A stretch of DNA of 45,677 nucleotides from the NCBI GenBank assembly GCA_902783905.1, contig CACZSP010000015.1, positions 1 through 45,677 on the forward strand, read 5' to 3'. Within the stretch, counting starts at the first letter, position 1. The number at the start of each line of letters is the position of its first letter. The notes beneath the pieces were generated by a model that saw only the letters and a list, made by a program, of their open reading frames with translations, had not been told where the DNA came from and made no database searches. This stretch comes from an uncultured Ruminococcus sp. (GTDB lineage Bacteria; Bacillota; Clostridia; Oscillospirales; CAG-272). The position numbers were made by a program, and so were the translations under genes. Of this stretch, positions 1-8,119 are shown piece after piece.

Positions 1-1
1 A

Positions 2-124
2 TGCGATCTTGGACAGGTCGATATGCTGATCACCGATTCGGATGTATCGCAGCAAGTTATCGAAAGTATTCACGCCTGCGGCGTTGAAACAAAGGTTGTA
101 CCAAAGGAGAGTGCTCTGACATGA
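2..124 (+). CDS. DeoR-family transcriptional regulator, C-terminal fragment (5' part outside the window)
   Basis: Frame open from the window edge gives CDLGQVDMLITDSDVSQQVIESIHACGVETKVVPKESALT*, a typical tail of DeoR-type effector domains. Its TGA (122-124) overlaps the next ATG (ATGA). Confidence 0.5.
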   Translation, partial: CDLGQVDMLITDSDVSQQVIESIHACGVETKVVPKESALT

Positions 125-834
125 AGCGTAAAATACGCACCCCGTACTTCGAGATTGGTGTAAAGAACTACGTATACGGCGACGCCGTACTTGATATGGC
201 GCTGCACGCAGACGCCTGCGCGGAGAAATACGATGTTGACGTCGCCATGATCGTTCCATATACAGAGATACGGCGCGTCTGTGAGCAGACGCGGCATCTG
301 CATGTATTCGCGCCGTATATGGATACACTGCGACCCGGACGCGGCATGGCCGATGTGCTGCCGGAAGCGATCAAGGCCGCCGGCGCCTGCGGCGTAGTCA
401 TCAATCACTGCGAAAAGCCGATGTCGCTCCCGCAGATAAAGAAGACGATAGACCGCGCCCGCGAACTTGATATGCTTGTCTTCGCGTGCGCCGACACCGT
501 CGCCGAGGCGAAGGCGATCGCCGAGCTGCACCCCGACATCATCAACCCCGAGCCGAGCGAGCTTATCGGCGGCACCGGAGCCGGCGTCAGCAGCATGAGC
601 TACGTCCGCGAAACGATTAAGGTCATCAAGGATATCTATCCCGACATACTTGTGGAACAGGCTGCCGGGATCACGAACGGTCAGCAGGTATACGACTTCA
701 TCATGGCGGGATCCGAGGCGGCGGGAGCCGCGTCGGGAATTATGAACGCCGCCGATCCGATCGCCATGATCGACGAAATGATCGCCGCGACCCGCCGCGC
801 CGCCGACGACCTGGCAGGAGGGAAAAAGCAATGA
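121..834 (+). CDS. Triosephosphate-isomerase-family (archaeal-type TIM-like) sugar-phosphate isomerase
   Basis: 237 aa. GVKNY (Lys loop), INHCEK (His loop, compare NHSE in TIMs), NPEPSELIGGTG (catalytic Glu loop). AAGGAG about 11 nt upstream of the ATG. Confidence 0.7.
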   Translation: MKRKIRTPYFEIGVKNYVYGDAVLDMALHADACAEKYDVDVAMIVPYTEIRRVCEQTRHLHVFAPYMDTLRPGRGMADVLPEAIKAAGACGVVINHCEKPMSLPQIKKTIDRARELDMLVFACADTVAEAKAIAELHPDIINPEPSELIGGTGAGVSSMSYVRETIKVIKDIYPDILVEQAAGITNGQQVYDFIMAGSEAAGAASGIMNAADPIAMIDEMIAATRRAADDLAGGKKQ

Positions 835-1325
835 CCTACGCAAAGCAGTACAAACTTCAGTCGGACGACAAGACCGTCACCTTCCACAACGTGACTGCGC
901 AGGCGCGCGACGCGCTAGCCGAATCGGGTATAAAGAACGGCATCGTCACCGTTTATTCCCATCACACCACCTGCTCGGTGATAACGCAGGAGGCGGCCTT
1001 CGATATGTCGATGACGGGGCTCGAGACCCTTCAGCAGGATCTCGTCGACGTTATGTACAAGATCGCGCCGATCTGCTCGCGCGAAGGCATATATCTTCAT
1101 CCCGGTCCCAAGGCCCTGAAATTCGCCGAGGAGCACGGAGAGGACGCACGGGGCTGTCACAACACCGACGCGCATCTGATCTCATCGATCATCGGTCGCA
1201 GCGTCACCTGCGCCGTCATAGACGGCGATATCGACCTCGGCGAGTTCGGTTTCATCTATTTCATCGACTTCGACCGCACGAGAGCGAGAAGCAGAACAGT
1301 CGACGTCGTCGTGATCGGAGACTGA
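831..1325 (+). CDS. YjbQ/UPF0047 family protein (secondary thiamine-phosphate synthase-like)
   Basis: 164 aa. Family core VYSHHTTCSVITQE and C-terminal GEFGFIYFIDFD. ATGA overlap with the upstream gene; GGAGGG RBS. Confidence 0.8.
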   Translation: MTYAKQYKLQSDDKTVTFHNVTAQARDALAESGIKNGIVTVYSHHTTCSVITQEAAFDMSMTGLETLQQDLVDVMYKIAPICSREGIYLHPGPKALKFAEEHGEDARGCHNTDAHLISSIIGRSVTCAVIDGDIDLGEFGFIYFIDFDRTRARSRTVDVVVIGD

Positions 1326-1326
1326 T

Positions 1327-1923
1327 ATGGACGAAAAGATCATCGACCGCGCCTACGACTCCTTCCGGATCGAGGCAGAATCCCTCGCGGCTACGGCTGA
1401 AGTACTTGACAGAGGCGAATTCGCCCGCGCGGTGGAGGCGCTGTCGACCGCCGAACGCATCGGCGCGTCGGGCTGCGGACACTCGGGGATCTGCTGCCAG
1501 CACTTCTGTCACCTTATGTGCTGCATCGAACGTCCGGCAAGGTTCATCTACCCCTCCGAAGCGGTCCACGGGGCTCTCGGCTTCATCCAGAAGGGAGACG
1601 TTATGGTCCTTGTTTCCCGCGGCGGAAAGACCGACGAGCTGATGCAGATCGCCGATATCTGCCGGGGCAAGGGCGCGACGCTTATAGCGGTCACCGAAAA
1701 CCTCTCCTCTCCCCTTGCCGAAAAATCGGATATCGTCCTCGCGATGAAGGTCACCCGCGAGTGCGATATCTACAACTGCCAGGGGACGACGAGCTTCGCC
1801 GTTACAAGCGCGATATTCGACGCTCTTCAGGCGGCGGTACTCGAGAATACCGGATTCCGGAACGAAAAATTTGCCGTAATCCACCCCGGCGGAGCGGTCG
1901 GTAAAAGACTCAACAAAAAATAA
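1327..1923 (+). CDS. SIS-domain sugar-phosphate isomerase (KpsF/GutQ/hexulose-phosphate-isomerase-like)
   Basis: 198 aa. GASGCGHSG, VMVLVSRGGKTDEL and GATLIAVTEN are characteristic SIS-domain blocks. Starts 1 nt after the upstream stop. Confidence 0.75.
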   Translation: MDEKIIDRAYDSFRIEAESLAATAEVLDRGEFARAVEALSTAERIGASGCGHSGICCQHFCHLMCCIERPARFIYPSEAVHGALGFIQKGDVMVLVSRGGKTDELMQIADICRGKGATLIAVTENLSSPLAEKSDIVLAMKVTRECDIYNCQGTTSFAVTSAIFDALQAAVLENTGFRNEKFAVIHPGGAVGKRLNKK

Positions 1924-1944
1924 CAAACCGAAAGGAAAAATAAA

Positions 1945-2565
1945 ATGGAATTCAAAGTTTTCCAGAAAGAACTCGAGCTCCAGTCCCGCGGCTGGATCCC
2001 CACCTTCCACGACGTTTCCAAGGAGATCCGTGAGATCGTCGCCGCTTCGGGAGTCAAAAACGGCACAGTCTGCATCGCCTCCCATCACACCACCTGCTCC
2101 GTCATGGTCCAGGAGTGCTCGCACGACATCGATTCCTTCGATCTCGAATTCCTTCAGCACGATCTGCTCGACATCATGCGCAAGCTCGTCCCCGATTTCA
2201 AGGAGGAGCATCAGTACCGTCATCCCGGTCCGATCCACGCCCAGTTCGGCAGATACGTCGACGAGCCCGGCGACTTCACCTCGATGAACACCGACGGACA
2301 TCTGCGCAGCGTTTTCTTCGGCAGAAGCGAAACGATGACCATCAAGGACGGCGTCCTTGACGGCGGAGAGTTCGCTCACGTCTATTTCATCGACTGGGAT
2401 CAGGTCAGAGCCCGTCACCGTCAGCTCAACGTCACCGTTATGGGAACGACCGAGGACGTCGGCGACAGAAAGTGGAACAACGGCGAGGTCATCAACACCC
2501 TGCACAAGTTCACCGACGAGGAAAAGGCCTACGATCTTCACTACGATCTCCAGCTGAAAAGATAA
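1945..2565 (+). CDS. YjbQ/UPF0047 family protein, second paralog with a C-terminal extension
   Basis: 206 aa. IASHHTTCSVMVQE and GEFAHVYFIDWD match the first copy, plus 39 extra C-terminal residues. Confidence 0.8.
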   Translation: MEFKVFQKELELQSRGWIPTFHDVSKEIREIVAASGVKNGTVCIASHHTTCSVMVQECSHDIDSFDLEFLQHDLLDIMRKLVPDFKEEHQYRHPGPIHAQFGRYVDEPGDFTSMNTDGHLRSVFFGRSETMTIKDGVLDGGEFAHVYFIDWDQVRARHRQLNVTVMGTTEDVGDRKWNNGEVINTLHKFTDEEKAYDLHYDLQLKR

Positions 2566-2571
2566 GCGGTA

Positions 2572-2625
2572 TTTCGGAGGCGATGATAACCCTCAGGGTT
2601 GTCACCGCCTCCGAAACTGTTTTTG
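2572..2625 (+). terminator. Rho-independent terminator of the DeoR-linked operon
   Basis: TTTCGGAGGCG (2572-2582) pairs with CGCCTCCGAAA (2606-2616). The loop contains an inner AACCC/GGGTT stem. Followed by TTTTT at 2620-2624. Confidence 0.6.
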
Positions 2626-2634
2626 TACGGAAAA

Positions 2635-4341
2635 ATGATGATCAACGAAAAAATGCGCTCCCCGGTTCCGGACAAAGCCGCCGATCCGGGCTTCTGGGAA
2701 AAAGTAAGAACGGACGAAATATACGAAAGGTTCCGCTCACAGCTTCGCTCGCTGTGGGACGCGAACGCCGCGGGCGGCGTGGCCGATCCTCTTACCTATT
2801 CGGAATTCAAGCTGTTTTTTACGACGGGAGACCGTTCGGTTTACGAAGGGCGCTATTTCAAACGCCGCCGGGCCCTGGCTTCGGCGGCACTGATGTCGCT
2901 TTTATATCCCGAAAAAGACGAGTATCTTACCGTCCTGACGGATACCGTCTGGTGCGTATGCGACGAATACACCTGGTGCCTTCCCGCGCATCAGAAGCAG
3001 ATCGAACGCAGCGACCGGTCGGTCATCGACCTGTTTGCCTCCGAGACCGGCTTTGCGCTTGCCGAAATCGACGCGCTGCTCGGAGACCGGCTCGATCCTT
3101 TGATCCGCGACAGAATAGCGGTCGAAATCAGGCAGAGGATCGAAGAGCCCTTCCTCGCGAAGGAGCCGTACTCCTGGTGGGAAACGGGGACGAACAACTG
3201 GACGGCGGTGTGCACCGGGTCCGTCGCCTGCACGCTGATGCTGACCGATCCGGAAACGGCGCGGCGTCTGATACCGAGATTCGAGCGGTCGATGGACCGC
3301 TTTCTCACGGGCTTCAGCGACGAAGGAATATGCTACGAGGGTCCGGGCTACTGGAAATACGGTTTCGGCTTCTTCACCGTTTACGCGGATATGCTCCGCC
3401 GGTTCACGGACGGAAAGATCGACCGTTTCGGCGATCCCAAAGTCAAAAAAATCGCCTCCTTCCTGCAGAAGATCTTTCTGTCCGGAAAATCGGCGGCAAG
3501 CTTCTCTGACGGCGGGGCTTTCCAGGACTATCAGCTGGGACTTCAGCACTTCCTGAAAGTCGAATATCCCGGCGACGTCGACGTTTTCGATCCCGGTTAT
3601 TCCTATTGCTGCGACGGATGCGCGAGATTCTGCCTTTTCCTCCGCTCCGCTCTCTGGCTTGACGAAAAGATATACGAAGACTCGGTCGGCAGGCTCCCGG
3701 GACCGGCGGAATACCGCTTCCCCGAGGCGCAGTGGATGATAAAACGTACCGAAAAATACGGTTTTGCCGCCAAGGGCGGAACGAACGACGAACCGCACAA
3801 TCAGAACGACGTCGGTTCTTTCATATTTGCGAAAAACGGCGTTCACTGCCTGACAGACCCCGGAGCCGGAAGATACACCCGCCAGTATTTCGATCCGAAG
3901 GAGCGTTATTCCTTTACCGAATGCTCGTCGCGCGGGCACAGCGTGCCGATCGTCGGCGGCGGATATCAGAAGGAGGGAGCGGCATACCGAGCGGAAGACG
4001 TGCGGTTTGAAGATAACGCCTTTTCGCTCGATCTTGCTCCCGCGTACGGCATTCCCGAACTGAAAAAACTCCGCCGGACCTTTACCTTCACAGACGACGG
4101 GGTGCGCGTCGAAGACGAATTCGGATACTCGGGCGCGGGAAGGATCACCGAGAGATTCGTGACGAGAACCGAGCCGGAGATATTCCACGATTACGTAAAA
4201 ATCGGAGACGCCCGCCTTTACCGGATCACGCCCGGGGTCGCGCCCGCGGTCTCCTGCGACAACGCCTCCTCCGGGGTGATCTGGTTTGTTGATTTCGTTC
4301 TGCCGGAAGGATCGGAAAGGTTCTGCGCAGAAATACGCTGA
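2635..4341 (+). CDS. Heparinase II/III-like (polysaccharide-lyase-like) protein, no signal peptide
   Basis: The ORF opens with TTG at 2599 inside the terminator, so the first ATG (2635) was chosen. EPHNQNDVGSFIFAKNGVHCLTDPGAGRY resembles the HxHxDxGSF...D.G block of heparinase II/III C-terminal domains. The N-terminus is hydrophilic. The start codon is uncertain (2635, 2638 or 2653). Confidence 0.55.
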   Translation: MMINEKMRSPVPDKAADPGFWEKVRTDEIYERFRSQLRSLWDANAAGGVADPLTYSEFKLFFTTGDRSVYEGRYFKRRRALASAALMSLLYPEKDEYLTVLTDTVWCVCDEYTWCLPAHQKQIERSDRSVIDLFASETGFALAEIDALLGDRLDPLIRDRIAVEIRQRIEEPFLAKEPYSWWETGTNNWTAVCTGSVACTLMLTDPETARRLIPRFERSMDRFLTGFSDEGICYEGPGYWKYGFGFFTVYADMLRRFTDGKIDRFGDPKVKKIASFLQKIFLSGKSAASFSDGGAFQDYQLGLQHFLKVEYPGDVDVFDPGYSYCCDGCARFCLFLRSALWLDEKIYEDSVGRLPGPAEYRFPEAQWMIKRTEKYGFAAKGGTNDEPHNQNDVGSFIFAKNGVHCLTDPGAGRYTRQYFDPKERYSFTECSSRGHSVPIVGGGYQKEGAAYRAEDVRFEDNAFSLDLAPAYGIPELKKLRRTFTFTDDGVRVEDEFGYSGAGRITERFVTRTEPEIFHDYVKIGDARLYRITPGVAPAVSCDNASSGVIWFVDFVLPEGSERFCAEIR

Positions 4342-4442
4342 ACCGCCCGGATGAGCGGGGGGCGAGTTGAATTGATTATGAACAGGAACTGTTCACGGCT
4401 CTCGCGTCAGGCGCGAAGCTTCTTCGAATGCACTGACAGTTC

Positions 4443-4495
4443 AAAACGGTGCTGCCGGGAAACTCGTGTTTCGAGTTTCCCGGCAGCACCGTTTT
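4443..4495. terminator. Bidirectional intrinsic terminator between convergent genes
   Basis: Perfect 24-bp stem AAAACGGTGCTGCCGGGAAACTCG / CGAGTTTCCCGGCAGCACCGTTTT. The A-run and T-run give a U-tract on both strands. Confidence 0.85.
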
Positions 4496-4524
4496 ATAAT
4501 TGCCTTAAACCGAACGGATTCGCG

Positions 4525-6252
4525 TCAGCTGTTATACAGCGTTCTCGCGCCGATGTATCCGCCCGAGGTGTAGCAGTATACCACGCTGTCGGATTCATCG
4601 GTGATCTGCTTCAGCTTTCCGTCATAACAGTACAGTCCGCCGTCGGTATCGATGACCGCGATCTTTCCGTCGGAAAGGAATCTGATCTCGTCCAGTTCGT
4701 CAATCAGTTTTGAGCCCTTCTTTCCGGAAGAGACCTTCAGTCCGACGTCGTCGGTGGAATAGAAGAACTTTCCGTCGCTCTTTCCGCGGTAACGCGCGAC
4801 GTCGCTGTCGACAAGCGTTCCGTTGATGAACATATCGGTCTTGTCCTTGAAATAGACGACCTGCTTTCCGTCTTCCGATACGGCAGAGATTTTCTCGACC
4901 TCAGACGCTATCTTTTTGGGAGCGGACGGGCTGTTTTTGATCGCAACCTTGTAAAGCGTGCCGGCCGACGCCGTGTCGTCGTACTCGTCGAGGTAGTAAA
5001 GCGTGCTTCCGTCAGAGGACAGGACCGTCCGGCTGATCTCGGCTCCCGACGTCTTGACGGTATAATCCTTCCCGCCGATCGCGATATGGAGCGTGCTCTC
5101 GCCGTCCTCGTCGGAGACCCTGAAGATGACCAGCGATCTGTCCGAAAACGACGTCAAAACGTAGGTCGATCCCTCGCAGACGACGGAGGATTTCTTTCCG
5201 TCGAACCGGCAGAGACCTTCTTCGGTCTTGTAGTAGAAGGAACCGTCGCTGTTTATAGATCCGACGGTGGACGTTATATCCTCGACAAGAAGAGTTTTCT
5301 TGCCTTTGGAGTATTTGTACATTTCGGTCTTTTCGCCGTTTTGGCTGCGGAAATAGACTGTTTCAAGGCCGGTGTCTCCCGAGGCGAAGGAGATGCCCGT
5401 CACGTCGGAATCGATCTTTTCGTTTTCGTCTTTCGACAGATCGCGCAGATACAGGCCTTTTTCGGTCGTGAACACGATCCTCGAAATGTCTTCCGAAACG
5501 CGCATGTTCTTGACTTCCGACGTCACCTTTACGGGATCGGCGCCGGCGGACTTTTTATAAAATACGCCTTCGTCGGTCTGGTAAATAATTCTCGAGCCCT
5601 TCTCGTCGGTTACGAACTGCGAGACGTTCTTGGCGATCGCTTCGCTCTTTTCCTCTTTTCTCACGTTGAACTGATAGAGGTTCCCCGAGGAGTTGAGGAA
5701 GGTGACGAGATTTCCGTTTGCGCTGAGGAAAAAGGATTTTACGTCGGACGCGCATTTTATCGGATCGGCCTTCCCGTTTTTCAGCGAAGAACGGTATACG
5801 TTCTGGGATTCTCCGTCTCCCGAGAAATAGAACAGGTATTTTTCGTCGTCGCTGACAAGCGCTTTCGTTACCTTTCCCTTGACGTTTATTTTGACGGAAT
5901 CGCCGTCAAGCGCGGTGAAATAAGTGTCTCCGTCTTTCGTATAGACGGCAAAAGATTCGGCGCCCGCGGGCTTCGATACTCCGACTATGACCGAAATCAA
6001 CATAATCAGAGCAAGGAGTCCGGCCCCACCCGCGATAATAATCTTTTTCAGCTTCGGTGTCAGAGCGAAGGCAGGCTTCGAATCTCCGGTCGCGTCCGGC
6101 TTTTTTTCCGGTTCGGCGGCAGGAGCGGCCTCATCTGCGGCGGCGGGGGCGGCGTCCTGCTTTTTTTCTTCAGGCGCGAACGGTTCGCCACATGCGGTGC
6201 AGAAAAGCGAATCGTCGGGCGCTTCGGCGCCGCATTTTGCGCATTTTTTCAT
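4525..6252 (-). CDS. Membrane protein: N-terminal zinc ribbon, one TM helix, large extracytoplasmic repeat (beta-propeller-like) domain
   Basis: 575 aa. CAKCG...CTACG zinc ribbon, a Pro/Ala/Glu-rich linker, TM segment IIIAGGAGLLALIMLISVIVGV, then at least 10 degenerate repeats. GAAAGGAG RBS before the ATG. Confidence 0.6.
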   Translation of the reverse strand: MKKCAKCGAEAPDDSLFCTACGEPFAPEEKKQDAAPAAADEAAPAAEPEKKPDATGDSKPAFALTPKLKKIIIAGGAGLLALIMLISVIVGVSKPAGAESFAVYTKDGDTYFTALDGDSVKINVKGKVTKALVSDDEKYLFYFSGDGESQNVYRSSLKNGKADPIKCASDVKSFFLSANGNLVTFLNSSGNLYQFNVRKEEKSEAIAKNVSQFVTDEKGSRIIYQTDEGVFYKKSAGADPVKVTSEVKNMRVSEDISRIVFTTEKGLYLRDLSKDENEKIDSDVTGISFASGDTGLETVYFRSQNGEKTEMYKYSKGKKTLLVEDITSTVGSINSDGSFYYKTEEGLCRFDGKKSSVVCEGSTYVLTSFSDRSLVIFRVSDEDGESTLHIAIGGKDYTVKTSGAEISRTVLSSDGSTLYYLDEYDDTASAGTLYKVAIKNSPSAPKKIASEVEKISAVSEDGKQVVYFKDKTDMFINGTLVDSDVARYRGKSDGKFFYSTDDVGLKVSSGKKGSKLIDELDEIRFLSDGKIAVIDTDGGLYCYDGKLKQITDESDSVVYCYTSGGYIGARTLYNS

Positions 6253-6287
6253 TTTGAACTCCTTTCGTATGTTACTGCCGGTAAATA

Positions 6288-6328
6288 CCGCGGGACGGTT
6301 AAAAACAGTTTTTCTAACCGCCCCGCGG
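6288..6328 (-). terminator. Probable terminator after the surface-protein gene
   Basis: On the minus strand CCGCGGGGCGGTTA pairs with TAACCGTCCCGCGG (14 bp, one G-U), followed by TATTT. The U-tract is weak. Confidence 0.45.
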
Positions 6329-6358
6329 CGTATAACGTTTCAGTCGGTCAGCCGCTTA

Positions 6359-7984
6359 TCAGTCGGTGACTCTTCTGCGGATGATGATACCTGTCGCGAG
6401 AGCGGCGATGACGCCGATCACGACGAATACGACGACGCTGTCGCCGGTGGGAACGACGGTTCCCTGCTGGCCCGGCTCATAAGTCTCGGAGACGGTGAGT
6501 CCCTTGTAGACGGCGGCGTCCTTGACCGAGAAGGTAAGGTTCTTGTTGTAGGTGTAAATGATGAAGGCGAGGTAATCGCCGGTGACCGCCGGTCTGCCCT
6601 GCTCGTCGGCAAGCGTCTTGACGTCGACCGTCTGGATCGGAACGAGAGCGCCGTCCTTGTTCTGGTCCTTCATATAGATGGTCCACTTCCAGCCGTCCAG
6701 TTCAACGGCAATATCGGTGTAACCGTCGGCGTCGACGACCGGCTTGACAGCTTTGAAGACGGCCATATTTTCGTCGCCGTAGTTGTAGTTGGTGAAGTTG
6801 GTTCCGTTATAGGCGAACTTCGTTGCAGGGGCGTCGGCGGCGACCCATCTGCCGTACCAGTTGTATCTGTTGATACCGGGAGCTGCCGGAAGCGTGTTGT
6901 AGGCAACGCATCCGGTGTAGGTGGTGTCAACAAAGGTATCCTTCAGTTTGTAGGTAAAGGTGAACTTGGTGCTGTCGGTGATCCGGAGATTTCCGACGAT
7001 TCCGCCGAACCAGTGAGCACCCACGTCGCCTTCGTTGTCGGTGACGGTGATGGTCTTTCCGTCAGCCGAGATTTCTCTCGAAACGGATCCGGCTTTGGCT
7101 TCCTGCATAACGTCGGCAACGAAAGCGCCGGAAGTAGCGTTGAAGAGCAGGTCGGTGATCTTGTCGCCGAGATTGAAGCTGTTGTAATCAAGAGTCGTCT
7201 CGTGAGCAGGAGACTTTTCGACGTCGCAGCCCTTCTTGATGACGACGTCCTTGACCGTGAACTTGGCGTTGTTGTTGTAAAGGTAGATCGAGAAGCCGAG
7301 TTCAGGGCAGAGCTCGATAGCGCTCTGAGGGATGTACTGCTCGTCGTAGAGCTTGTCGTTGAACCATACGCTGAAGAAATCGTCGTTGATCTTTATGGTG
7401 ACGTCGACGAATCCGTCCGCGTCGTTGGCGACGCCCTCAGGTACCGGAGAGTAGGCGCCCGACTGAGAGATCTTCTTCAGACCGTTGAGCTTGGCGCCCG
7501 CAGCATAGGAGAGCGTCATGCAGTTGCCGGCTTTGATCTGACCGTAAAGACCGTAGATACCGTTGTAGGTAAGGTCCTTGGTGGGATCGTAACCTTCGGA
7601 CTGTGCGATGTCGGCGATATTGAAATATACGCCGGCGTTTCCGGTCGGGAAGGCCGCCTTCATGGTGATGGTGTACTTTCTGCCGCCTCCGATCTTGAGG
7701 CCGTTGATCTTGCCGCCCCAGAAATAAGCGGATCCGGCAGCGGCGGGAGCGGTGGCGACGAGGGTCTTTCCGCCGTCCAGAACTTCGATCGTCGTGGCAG
7801 CCATCTTAGCGGCGCCGTTCCTGAAGTTGAACGGTTTGTAGTTTTCGTCTCCGTTGAAGTTTACTTCATAGAGAACGGCTCCGTCTGCCGCTGAGTCATA
7901 GTTCGGGGCGGCGGCGCCGGCGAATACCGTGACCATGCCGAGAACCATAACGAGGGCAAGGAGGAGAGATAACGTTTTTTTCAT
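6359..7984 (-). CDS. Secreted surface protein with two tandem beta-sandwich (concanavalin/LamG-like) halves and a C-terminal VPTG + TM + RRR anchor
   Basis: 541 aa. Signal peptide MKKTLSLLLALVMVLGMVTVFAGAAA. Similar strand motifs in both halves (DVTIKINDDFFSVWFNDKLY and DIAVELDGWKWTIYMKD; AKFTVKDVVIKKG and LTFSVKDAAVYKG). C-terminus is VVPTGDSVVVFVVIGVIAALATGIIIRRRVTD. Confidence 0.6.
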   Translation of the reverse strand: MKKTLSLLLALVMVLGMVTVFAGAAAPNYDSAADGAVLYEVNFNGDENYKPFNFRNGAAKMAATTIEVLDGGKTLVATAPAAAGSAYFWGGKINGLKIGGGRKYTITMKAAFPTGNAGVYFNIADIAQSEGYDPTKDLTYNGIYGLYGQIKAGNCMTLSYAAGAKLNGLKKISQSGAYSPVPEGVANDADGFVDVTIKINDDFFSVWFNDKLYDEQYIPQSAIELCPELGFSIYLYNNNAKFTVKDVVIKKGCDVEKSPAHETTLDYNSFNLGDKITDLLFNATSGAFVADVMQEAKAGSVSREISADGKTITVTDNEGDVGAHWFGGIVGNLRITDSTKFTFTYKLKDTFVDTTYTGCVAYNTLPAAPGINRYNWYGRWVAADAPATKFAYNGTNFTNYNYGDENMAVFKAVKPVVDADGYTDIAVELDGWKWTIYMKDQNKDGALVPIQTVDVKTLADEQGRPAVTGDYLAFIIYTYNKNLTFSVKDAAVYKGLTVSETYEPGQQGTVVPTGDSVVVFVVIGVIAALATGIIIRRRVTD

Positions 7985-8030
7985 AACTTACGTCCTTCCT
8001 TTTATGGAGTTTTTTTGATTATACGATATT

Positions 8031-8059
8031 ATTATAACCGCTTTACCGTTTTATGTCAA
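8031..8059 (-). promoter_or_regulatory. SigA-type promoter of the surface-protein gene
   Basis: Minus strand reads TTGACA (8059-8054), exactly 17 nt, then TATAAT (8036-8031). A second TATAAT lies 7 nt downstream. AAGGAAGGA RBS before the ATG at 7984. Confidence 0.7.
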
Positions 8060-8119
8060 CAAAAAAGTAAAACAACGTGAAATTTATTTCCGTTTTCTGT
8101 GAAAAAACTGAAAATTCCG

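Noticed and set aside
4351-4713. 120-aa (+) ORF downstream of the heparinase-like gene.
   Set aside because: It runs straight through the 24-bp bidirectional terminator stem and then antisense into the zinc-ribbon gene. No RBS or motif.
6359-6460. Canonical LPXTG sortase motif in the surface protein.
   Set aside because: The sequence is VVPTGD, not L-P-x-T-G. It is reported only as a VPTG-type variant tail, and no sortase gene is in the window.
5987-7894. Very long ORFs antisense to confidently called genes. Examples: 5987-7894 (+), 8687-10585 (+), 10936-13353 (+), 2902-4188 (-), 17996-19291 (+), 14491-15975 (+), 30438-31757 (-), 33147-34049 (-), 36388-37635 (+).
   Set aside because: Their products are Arg/Gly/Val/Asp-rich low-complexity strings with no motifs, and several span two or more real genes. 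The opposite strand carries clear family signatures. Long stop-free antisense frames are expected in G+C-rich DNA.
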